A DNA stretch of 64,000 nucleotides from Amoebidium appalachense. Its lineage: Eukaryota > Protista > Ichthyosporea. The stretch's first letter is position 1. Each line of letters begins with the position of its first letter. This document shows, in pieces, positions 1 through 9,327 of the stretch. The stretch lies in assembly GCA_963693365.1 (NCBI GenBank), contig CAVNZM010000003.1, positions 6,517,448 to 6,581,447 on the forward strand, in the 5' to 3' direction. The notes below the pieces were generated by a model that was given only the letters and a program-made list of their open reading frames with translations, made no database searches and had not been told where the DNA came from. Both the position numbers and the translations under genes were made by a program.

Positions 1-209
1 CTATTCCTATAGCTAACATGTAGCTAGTCAGTGCATATATATGCGCATGGCATTGGAGGTTACCACTTGCCCCCCCCCCTCCCCCCCCCCCCCCCCTTCC
101 CCTCCCCCCTCCCCCCTTCCCCTCCCTCTTTTTTTTTGTTGAGAAAGAAAGCTTCAAGAAATAGGACTCCGAGTGAAAAAAAAAAGAAAACGAGACATAG
201 CAGCAAAAT

Positions 210-240
<31 letters not shown>

Positions 241-1256
241 AAAAAAAAAAAAAAAACGCCCACACACACGGTGTGGCATACTGTATTACACACACCCTCA
301 ACCCCGTGCACGAATTTCATATCCTCTCCAAGACTTGGGGCTGCTCCAATTTCCATGTAGATCGGTAGGTTGAGCTTTTAGCGGCGAATGAAAGGGATTG
401 GTGCGGTAAAAAAGGGGGGGGGGGGGGGGGGGGGGGGAGGGGGGGAGGGGTGTGTGTGTGGGGGGGGGGGGAGGGGGGGGGGGGGGGGGGGGGAGGGGGG
501 GGGGGGGGGGGGGGAGTGGGAATGAGGAAAAAAGAAAGTTGTAAAGGGAGGCACGGTGGGGAGAGGGAGAAGGCTAGAGCGACGTGAGATGACATGGTAG
601 ACTTAGTGACAGAATCTTCACGGTTGGGTCGGTAACGAAAAATGAAGCCCCCAAAGCTCAGGGTATTGAAGAAAAAGTAAAGAGAGAAAACATTTGAAAA
701 AGCTTTTATAATTGCAGGGTATGCAGGTTTTTGCATGTGGTGTGTGCCCGCACAAACATCCTTCACACTTGAAGACTTGATGTACGTGTACGTTTGCGCA
801 TGCCATTATAAGCGTAGTTGTATGCGTATTTATGGTCGGTCATACAATGGCAAATTGTCTAAATGTAGGTATCACCAAGGACTACCGTTTGGAACTTCGT
901 GTTCCTTGTTTGAAGTTCCGGAAGAACATACACACACAGGGTATATTGCACCCCATACATACTGCGCTTGTCTGTCAGATTTGTGGTTTTTGTGTGTTTG
1001 GGTGCACTGGTCCACGGTGTGTTCTGTGTTTCTGTTTGTGTGTAATATGCGTGTGTGCGTGCATGCGTGCGTGCGTCCATGCGTGCGTGCGTGCGTGCAT
1101 GCGTGGCGTGTGCGCATGCTTGCGCCACATACGTATGCGTGCGTGCACGCTTCAACGTGCATGTGTGGTTGAGCGTGTTTGAGGGTTTTTGTTTGTTACA
1201 CCACCAGTACCGCACACACGCGCGCATGTGTATAAGTGCGTGTTTTTGTTCCGGCC

Positions 1257-1289
<33 letters not shown>

Positions 1290-2166
1290 GTGCGTGTGTG
1301 TTTGTGCGTGCGACGTGCGTGCGCGCGTGTGTGTAAAGGTGAGTTTGGGAGTTTTTGTTCCTGTGTGTGTATGTGTGTTTGCGCGCGTGTGTCCGCGTGG
1401 GCGTGCGTACGTGTGTACATAAATGACATGTATCCCTATGTAAAGGGCAGTCAGGCAGTGCCTCAGGCATTGGATCCTGTTCATCATACGGTCACCTGCA
1501 GTCCAAAACAAAAAGCAGTGCAACTCTGTTTTCTGCCGTCAGTCGCACCATGTCCGGCTCCCGATCACATCAAAACCACATGTAATCGGTGATTAGGCTG
1601 CATGATTCTGCAAATTCCGCATTAAGTCAACCAATAGGCACATTAGACCGCACCAGAACCCATAGAGATGACCAATCAGAGTAGACATTCGCGCATTTTT
1701 GTCAGGTTAAAATTTAAGTAGCACAGGTCGCCACGAAAACTGGTCGGAAACACGTGAAAACGTGTTTTCTAGCTCCTCTAGTCCAACGGAGAACTCCTAG
1801 CACACCTAACAGCCGGGCCCAGAAAAACTCAAGCGGATAGAGGTACACGTTAGCTACAGGGGACACTAAAAGCCGTCCCCGTAGGCCGGCGGGCACGGGA
1901 GTTACGCGCCGGAAAGGAGCCCCCCCTTTTTTTCCCCTGCACTTGACACAAAACCAACGTTTCCTCTTTCAGTGGTAGTGACCTTTGTCTGGGGGGAAAA
2001 ACATTAACGGCACAGAATTCACACACACAGTAGCAGAGTAGAACGCGCACAGAGTAGCCGTATCCACAGATACCAGCATCCTGCACTCACCCTTTTCGCA
2101 CACACAAAGTCAACAACCATCTAGCAAATAAACGCTACCCAAAACATAGCTGCACCCACCCCTACC

Positions 2167-3471
2167 ATGGAAAACCACATGGAGCTAGACGGGGACACGT
2201 CCCTCACTGCAATATCCACCTTAAACCCACCCACACCCAATCACACGGATAGGGCAACCGAGTCGGTAGAAACCACACAACCGATGGGGGAAAGCATGGG
2301 GGTGGGAGCGAACCCTCATCATCCCCCGGGCTCTGGAGGAAACGAGCGCTTGTCGGGCAAAAGAGGAAAGGAGGAAACAGAGGAGATGGAGAGGTCTACC
2401 TCACGCAGGACGGACTATGCCATACCAGGTAAAACTAACGCCCCCACCCTTTCCATACTGTGTCCCCTGCCAGCAGACGACGGACAATCTGAAGCAGGCT
2501 GGTTGGCTCGGGTGTATGACTTCGTCAGCACCCAGAACCTAGCAAACAGGTACCTGGTGCACAACCGAAACCAACGGGGCATAGAGATCATGGTAGGCAC
2601 AGAAGCAGAGTGGGAGGCACTAGTCACAGCACTGGTGGGGGAGGGCATTTTACCTGCCCCCCCACCCCACCCCTCCATCCGCCCGAACCCCACACGGTAC
2701 ATGGTCCTAATCCCGAATAGAACGGTAGAAACGTGCAATTTTCCGAGGATAGGACGAGCAAGTGACGTGGCAACCGTGCTATATGCCATAGACCTTCACC
2801 CAGTGACCGTAACCTGGCTCCCCCCAAACCCCAACTTCCGTATCGCCAGGGAGCACTGGGCGTATGAGGGTAATTATGAGGTGGTTTTTCCGGACGACGA
2901 ACACCATAGGAAACGCATAATAAATCTCCGAGAACACTTTAGGGTCAACCGGACCTCTCTAGTGGAGGAAACATACATGACGGCGGCCCCTGCAATGCAC
3001 AGGCACCGGGCCTGGGCTATCACCACACCCGGCTTAAACGAGGACACACGCCCCCCCCATCTCGAGGGGTACGATCATCGCCTCTATGAGAACACCAACC
3101 CCACCCCCCGTGTGGTGGACACCCCTCCCGAGTGGCCCCAGGCCCGACCCTTTCCGACACAGGAGGGGGGGGGGGAGGAGTCAGAGGCAGTTCTGTTGCT
3201 AATCCCCATCCCACAGTCTCACATGTGTGGGTTGTGTTGGGAGCAATCCCACAAACTAACAGACACAGAGTGCCCGTTTGTTCAGTGCCTAACCTGTCGG
3301 GAGGTGGGGCACGAACCGGATGAGTGCCCCAAAAACCGCACCAGCTGTCCGTACTGTAACCGGCCGTTACACGTACACGGAAACCCCAGTAACCCCATCG
3401 CCACATGCCTGCAACGCCGCCGAAACTGCGGTAACTGTGGGGAACTGGGCCACCCCGCATATAAATGCCAA
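2167..3471 (+). pseudogene. LINE ORF1 (gag-like zinc-knuckle protein), part 1
   Basis: CGLC..H..C, CLTCREVGHEPDEC, CPYC..H, CGNCGELGHPAYKC. The frame is broken at 3472 by a poly(T)-headed insertion. Confidence 0.85.
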
Positions 3472-3960
3472 TTTTTTTTTATTTTTTTTTTATTTTATCA
3501 CGTTTTGTTCCCGGAGGCCTTTTCAGGCCCTCTAGGGAAACTACCGTCTACCACACAGCACCGACAGTACACTAGTTAAGGTGCTATCTATGAGTTCAGC
3601 TAAGCTAAACCATCCTTCACAACCTAACTATAAGTACACACTTTGCCCAGGGCTACTACCCCAGCCACGCCGGCAGGAGGCTCCAGTCCTCCCCTCCATT
3701 CAAAAACCTAGCAATAAACGTTAACCGAGGGCTCTCATTGGTCGATCTACAGTATTGGGAAGTCCTAGGTGTTGTGTATAATATTTACGGTGGGTATGGG
3801 TGGATGATGGGGTGTGGTGGTGGTGGTGGTGGGGGGTTGCTGCCTAACATTATGTGTTGGTGTACGTATGTTGTGGCGATGTTTTTGTGGACTAAAAGGT
3901 GGGTTTTACAGGGCACACCGGGTCTGTGGGTGTTCCGGCATTCAGAACAGGCCGGCCGGG
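3472..3960 (-). mobile_element. 5'-truncated poly(A)-tailed retrocopy (LINE 3' end or SINE-like), antisense within ORF1
   Basis: T-rich tail at ~3472-3496 (A-rich on the minus strand), flanked by an exact 16-bp direct repeat CGCATATAAATGCCAA at 3456-3471 and 3961-3976. The minus strand begins in a short frame ..CSECRNTHRPGVPC.. ending at 3785, followed by ~290 nt of UTR-like sequence. Confidence 0.85.
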
Positions 3961-3976
3961 CGCATATAAATGCCAA

Positions 3977-4150
3977 CGGAAACCCCTTTTCGCACCGGGT
4001 ATTATCGTGTTGGTGGGCTTGAGTAGTCTAGACCCACCTGACGACTCTTTCTTCGCCACCGTGATTGAGTGGCGGGACTATGTACACGTCCAGGCACTCC
4101 GCCAGGCACTCACGTACTCCGGCCTTGGCCCCCCCGGGGAGGGGGCCACC
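3977..4150 (+). pseudogene. LINE ORF1, part 2
   Basis: Continues AYKCQ|RKPLFAPG...GPPGEGAT in frame once the insertion and one TSD copy are removed. Confidence 0.8.
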
Positions 4151-4869
4151 TGACATATACTAATCCGTCTCAGCAGATTAGCCTAAGTCTACGATCGAGA
4201 TCGGGGGGGGGGGGGGGGGGGGGGGGGGGTGGCCCGGGTCCACAGATCATCAAGATCAAGTCCGGGGCCTCAAGATAGCTGTACAGCTGCGTGCATCTTG
4301 CCTCTGCCGGCGCAGGGCATTGGACCACGTCAGCCGGGACAGCCGTCCAATAGAATTCTAATTAGTGTGTAGGATAGATCGTAGGAGGACTTAGGAATGT
4401 CATTGTTCGGGCAGAAGCCCTTTTGTAAGGATTGGCAAGGTTTGATAGTATATGTTGCCAAACGTATTTATATATTTAGATGTAGAGGAAAGGGGGGAGG
4501 GAGGGGGGGGAGGATAGTATGAAATGTAGATTTAGACTCTGCGGTGCCACTAGGGGGAGGGTGAGGGGTGAGACTTGGATAAATATATTAGTTGAGTAGA
4601 TCGACTTAGCTCGTGCAGGCGCACGATAAAAGTAGATCGGAATGTTAATGGAATGTGGCATCGTAGGGGGCCAGGTGATGATGATCTTGTAGGGCACGGC
4701 CTTGATGGCCTCAGTCGTAACTTAGACTCAATCCGTACGGATCTAAGTTTGCCCGTCGGAGCCTGGTCTTAATAAACTTTACCGTTTTTCTGTACACGTT
4801 CGTTCCTTTTCGTGTGTGTACACTTAGTAGAGTGCCGCGTCTCTAGTACACATACATTAGGATACGACA
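4151..4869 (+). repeat. Gypsy 5' LTR (719 bp)
   Basis: TGACATATAC...GATACGACA; by eye it matches 11798-12049 + 13855-14319 apart from G-run lengths. Confidence 0.95.
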
Positions 4870-4955
4870 AGCTACACCTTTCTTTTAGTGCGGTTTTTCG
4901 CGCTAGGGTAACGCGGTGACAGTTCCTTCTGGGCTGTTGCTACACCTCAAACACA

Positions 4956-4989
<34 letters not shown>

Positions 4990-5027
4990 ATAAACACAAC
5001 CACACGAGTTAGGGCACACACCACACA

Positions 5028-6362
5028 ATGGCTAAGTTTAACGTAGACATGTTCTACGCATTGGCAGCGGAGGATAGCTCCCTGCACACACAGGTACCAC
5101 AGGTTCATACACTAGACGTTAGACAGACCACAGCTTTCAGTTTTACACTCAAACACGACTCGGAAATCCCTAGGTGGCTTAGGACACTCCTAGCTAACAC
5201 ACCCACACTAGTGTTAGACACAAAGAAGGCCCCCACTGTGGCGGCCTCGTGCTTAATGATCAAACAGTGCATCGACCACAAAACAATGGCCGACTTATGC
5301 ACCCTGATGGAGGAGCACCCGTACCGGGCCGAGCAGGCCCCCCAGGTGACGGCTCGTATATACGAGCAGCAGTACGACGAGGGGAGGGACGAGATGGTGT
5401 CCCGGACACTCGGCCAGAAACGTCTGGCCGCACGGTTCATCCCCGACGACGAGGACGAGAACAGCACCGACGACGTGGACGGGGAGCTCGAGGCCTTCAC
5501 ACGGCCGGAAAACGAGCTCGAGTATACGGCCCGGCTCGTCGGCCGATACCTGACGGCCGACCGGCGCCGTACCTTCCGGGCCCAGCTCAGAGAATGGAAG
5601 TATACCTTTCCCACACTAGATATGTCCCCCGTAGAAGCTCGTGCATTCTTTGAGAGGGAATATCGGGTCTTTGAGGACCTTTGTGAGTTAGCTGGTGACG
5701 TGAGTGATAGGGAAAAATTCGAGTTTGCTCGTAAGGCTCTCTCTGTAAACACAGACACTGCACGCATGTTTGGGGAGCATGATGATGTAGATGAGGTGGT
5801 GTTGCATGTTAAACGTCACTTGCTTGCCATGCACGAGGTGAAGTTCAATAAGAGGGATAAAAAGGAGGTGATGGAAGTAGACAAGAAAAAGAAGGAGAGT
5901 GGACAGAAGGGGGAAAAAGAGAAAAAAGAGGGTGAACAGCCAGATGCACTCACCATGTTGGTCAAGCAGGTTGCCGAGCTCTCCCAGGCCGTCTTTTCTG
6001 GCCGAGGGGGCTTCGGCTTCCGAGGTGGCCGTGGCGGCGACCGGGGTGGACACGGCGGTCGTGGCCGAGGTGGACGTGGAGGACAACAGCAGCAGTTCAC
6101 CGAGAGGTTTGCCCCTTATCTTGCTCGTGGTGGTGGGCAGGGTAGAGGGAGGGGTGGAAATGGTGGTGAGAGAGGCCGAGGGGGGCAGGGGGGAAGGGGG
6201 GGCCGTGGTGCACACGGTGGGCCCCCCCAGCATGACCGGGCTCCCGGTTATGCTTTGCGCCAAGGTTTTGAAGTCCCCCCTGGCCCCTTCTTTGGTGCAT
6301 GTTACTTTTGTGGCCGGCAAGGGCACTCTGCTGCATATTGCCGTAGTTACAAGAGCTATTGA
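5028..6362 (+). CDS. gag: Gypsy Gag (444 aa) with RGG-rich region and CCHC knuckle
   Basis: First long ORF after the LTR; RGG repeats; terminal CYFCGRQGHSAAYC. Confidence 0.9.
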   Translation: MAKFNVDMFYALAAEDSSLHTQVPQVHTLDVRQTTAFSFTLKHDSEIPRWLRTLLANTPTLVLDTKKAPTVAASCLMIKQCIDHKTMADLCTLMEEHPYRAEQAPQVTARIYEQQYDEGRDEMVSRTLGQKRLAARFIPDDEDENSTDDVDGELEAFTRPENELEYTARLVGRYLTADRRRTFRAQLREWKYTFPTLDMSPVEARAFFEREYRVFEDLCELAGDVSDREKFEFARKALSVNTDTARMFGEHDDVDEVVLHVKRHLLAMHEVKFNKRDKKEVMEVDKKKKESGQKGEKEKKEGEQPDALTMLVKQVAELSQAVFSGRGGFGFRGGRGGDRGGHGGRGRGGRGGQQQQFTERFAPYLARGGGQGRGRGGNGGERGRGGQGGRGGRGAHGGPPQHDRAPGYALRQGFEVPPGPFFGACYFCGRQGHSAAYCRSYKSY

Positions 6363-6604
6363 GTTCCGGGGGAGGGGGAAGCTGGGGTCACTGAGGGAGG
6401 GGGGGGGGACAGTATCGGTCCCCCCCAGGTTGCAGAGAACCTTCACCCTCCCCCACCCCAGGTTAAGCTTCCCTTTGCCCCCTCACCGCCCCGATACGTG
6501 TGGGAGCCGGGCATCGTCGTGGGTCCTCAAGACAGCGTCGAGGTGGTATGGCATGAATGTTTGTGGGGTGACTCTACCAAAGGTATGAATGGTGTGAATG
6601 TTTT

Positions 6605-8134
6605 GTGGTTGGGGGAGGTTCCCCAGCCACAAGTGGATGGTCTCAGTGTTTCTTGTCCCAACCCGGTGTTTGTTCTAACCACACCGGAGGGGGTTTCTGT
6701 GCCATTGTTTCCGGGAGGGGGGGGACACACACGAGTAAAGGGGGAAGGGGGGGGAAGGCACAGACACATAGAAACACACCACCACAACAACATACGACGG
6801 TTGCAGACACACCTACACCCACACACACACCCACACATACACCACACACACACACACCACCCACCCACACATCACACACACACACTCCACCACCACCCAC
6901 ATCACATACACACCCCACCCCACCCGTGCAGGCACCACAGGTAGGTATGTTGCACGTAGGTATCGAGGGTGTGAGTCTTCGTGGGCAGGGATTGGGAGTG
7001 AGTGATGATGTGTTGCTTGAATTGGAGGAGGATTTAGTTGGTTTTAGCCGGCATTATATAGACGTATGGTTAGCTGATGGTAAGTTGAAGGCTGTTGCTT
7101 TGCTCGATGGAGGGGCTCAGGTTAATTGTGTGCATGCTTCGTTTATTCGTCGTTTTAATCAGGCCGGGGGGGAAATTCCTATATTAGATGCTTCTAGCAC
7201 AGCCTTAGGTAGTGCTAATAATAGTAGTATGTCTGTGGAAGGTGTTTGTGTGTTGCCGTGTGAGATAGGTGGCCAGGCTATGCATATTGCTTGTTATGTG
7301 GTTAAGGATTTAGCTCAAAGTGTTTTGTTGGGAGCCCCATTTTTCCGTAGACATGTGAATGCTTTGTTTGAACGTACGAATGTTTTAGAATTGCAGTCCG
7401 GCGTTAAAATTAAAACCCATGATGGGCTCGACGGTTATCAGTCTGGTGCTAGAACGGTAGCTGAAGTAGTAATCGAGCCTTATCAGTGCCAAACGGTACG
7501 TGTCCGGGCCGGCAATCATGTTAGGATAGGGGATTTAGGGGTTTTTACTCCGAAAACCCCATTTCAGGAGGTGGCCCAATGGACCCTTAGTAGGGTATGG
7601 CCGGATAAGACAATAGAAATAGAATTAGTGAATCCGGGCATCGAGCCTATAGTGATTAGGTCAGGTGTTTCCGTCGGTAGTTTCACTAATGAGATTGGTA
7701 GTATAGAGGTCTCTCTTATTACCCAAAAGGAGGATGCCGGCTCGAAGGGTGACTCAGGAGGAGGGGGAACAACTTTATTTAACGTTAGCCACCAAAATGT
7801 CACCCGACACGATGGGGGGGGGGACCGGGACAGCACCGGTCCCACTCCCCCGACCCCCAAGAGGAAGGAGGGTCACCCCGGGTGTGAGAATGTGCAGGCA
7901 GGGGGGGAGGGTGTTGGTCTAACCCGTGGATCTGACGGGTTAACCAACACCGTGGGGGGGCAGGGTGGCCACAGACCTGGCCCCCCACATACATGCACTA
8001 ACTCATCAGGAATTGCCCGGGGGCATGGGTGTGCCGGGGGGAGGGGGGGGGTGCTAAGGGTGACCGCCTATATCCGGAGGTACCTCCACCTCACCCCGAG
8101 CAGCACCGATGTAATACAGGAGGTGAAATGTTAA
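6605..8134 (+). CDS. pol: Gypsy pol part 1: aspartic protease plus a dUTPase-like beta domain
   Basis: ALLDGGAQVN active-site motif and the VLLGAPF flap-distal motif, followed by VVIEPYQ..ELVNPG..VIRSGVSVG. The true start is probably upstream via gag readthrough (inference). Confidence 0.85.
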   Translation: MVGGGSPATSGWSQCFLSQPGVCSNHTGGGFCAIVSGRGGTHTSKGGRGGKAQTHRNTPPQQHTTVADTPTPTHTPTHTPHTHTPPTHTSHTHTPPPPTSHTHPTPPVQAPQVGMLHVGIEGVSLRGQGLGVSDDVLLELEEDLVGFSRHYIDVWLADGKLKAVALLDGGAQVNCVHASFIRRFNQAGGEIPILDASSTALGSANNSSMSVEGVCVLPCEIGGQAMHIACYVVKDLAQSVLLGAPFFRRHVNALFERTNVLELQSGVKIKTHDGLDGYQSGARTVAEVVIEPYQCQTVRVRAGNHVRIGDLGVFTPKTPFQEVAQWTLSRVWPDKTIEIELVNPGIEPIVIRSGVSVGSFTNEIGSIEVSLITQKEDAGSKGDSGGGGTTLFNVSHQNVTRHDGGGDRDSTGPTPPTPKRKEGHPGCENVQAGGEGVGLTRGSDGLTNTVGGQGGHRPGPPHTCTNSSGIARGHGCAGGRGGVLRVTAYIRRYLHLTPSSTDVIQEVKC

Positions 8135-9327
8135 GTGGCACTCCGGTGAATAAGGATGCATCCACTTGTGATGGGGGTAACCCGGAGTTAGTATTGCCGT
8201 TTGGTATGAAGGAGGGGGATTGGACGGTAGAACAGAAAAAATTGCTAGCTAAGTTATTTGATAGGACTCGGTTTGCATTTCTGGCCGATGATAACGAAGT
8301 AGGCTTCGTTAAAGGGTTTGAAATGCAGATCGACACAGGTGATAATAGGCCGGTAGTGATGCCTAGCTATAGAATGGAGCAGTATAAATTGTCGGATGCG
8401 CTAATAATAGTGAGTGATATGTTAAAAAAGGGTCATGTGGAGCATAGTTCGAGTCCGTGGAGAAGTCCGGTGCTATTGGTTAAGAAGCCCGACGGGTCTT
8501 GGCGCCTAGTGAACGATTACAGGGCTCTGAATCGGATCACTAAGGCAGACCAATGGCCTCTCCCTAACATAGACGAGCAGCTTTCACAGCTGCACGGCTA
8601 TACTCACTTTGCTAAACTTGATTTAAAAGCAGCTTTTTGGCAGATAAGGTTGGAGGAGAGCAGCAAGGAGAAGACTGCCTTTGCACTGGGTGACCAGCTG
8701 TTCCAGTACAAGGTGGTGCCGATGGGTTTGCTCTCCTCTCCAGCTATGTTGTGCCGGGTAATGTATAAAATTCTCCACCCTCATTTGGATGTATGCCACC
8801 CTTATTTGGATGATGTTTTAATTAAAGGTAGGTCATTTGAGGAGTTAGTTAATAATTGTGAAAAAGTATTTTTAGCTTTGGGTGAGTCTGGTCTTCGTAT
8901 TAGCGGTAGCAAGACTGTGATTGGTGTGCCGGAGGTTAAGTTTTTAGGTCATATTGTGTCTAGTAATGGTCTTTCCCCTGATCCGGAGAAAATCCGGGCC
9001 ATAGTTGAGTGGCCCCGTCCTCAGACTGTCACTCAACTAAGGCAATTTTTAGGTTTAACTAATTATCTTCGTCGTTATATTAAGGACTATAGTATGCTTG
9101 CTTTGCCGTTAACTAGTCAGACGGGGGGGGAGAAGAAGAATAGAATAGATTGGAATGTTGATGCTGTTTCTGCTTTCGAAAAGCTTAAGTTAGCTTTGCA
9201 GTCTTCGAGTATGCTTGTTCATCCTGATTTTTCGGCCGGGGGGGGATGTTTAAAGTTCGGTGCGATGCAAGTAAGGTTGCTGAGGGGGCCGTGTTATATC
9301 AAGTGCAGGAGGGGCAGGATAGAGTGA
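8029..9327 (+). CDS. pol: Gypsy pol part 2: reverse transcriptase
   Basis: SPWRSPVLLVKKPDGSWRLVNDYRALN, LDLKAAFWQI, PMGL, YLDD, FLGH. Frame changes at both ends coincide with G homopolymers (~8035-8051, ~9238-9245). Confidence 0.93.
   Translation: MCRGEGGGAKGDRLYPEVPPPHPEQHRCNTGGEMLSGTPVNKDASTCDGGNPELVLPFGMKEGDWTVEQKKLLAKLFDRTRFAFLADDNEVGFVKGFEMQIDTGDNRPVVMPSYRMEQYKLSDALIIVSDMLKKGHVEHSSSPWRSPVLLVKKPDGSWRLVNDYRALNRITKADQWPLPNIDEQLSQLHGYTHFAKLDLKAAFWQIRLEESSKEKTAFALGDQLFQYKVVPMGLLSSPAMLCRVMYKILHPHLDVCHPYLDDVLIKGRSFEELVNNCEKVFLALGESGLRISGSKTVIGVPEVKFLGHIVSSNGLSPDPEKIRAIVEWPRPQTVTQLRQFLGLTNYLRRYIKDYSMLALPLTSQTGGEKKNRIDWNVDAVSAFEKLKLALQSSSMLVHPDFSAGGGCLKFGAMQVRLLRGPCYIKCRRGRIE

Noticed and set aside
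300-1560. Possible minus-strand exons of a gene leaving the window
   Set aside because: Short complex patches between microsatellites with no recognisable domain or consistent splice phase.
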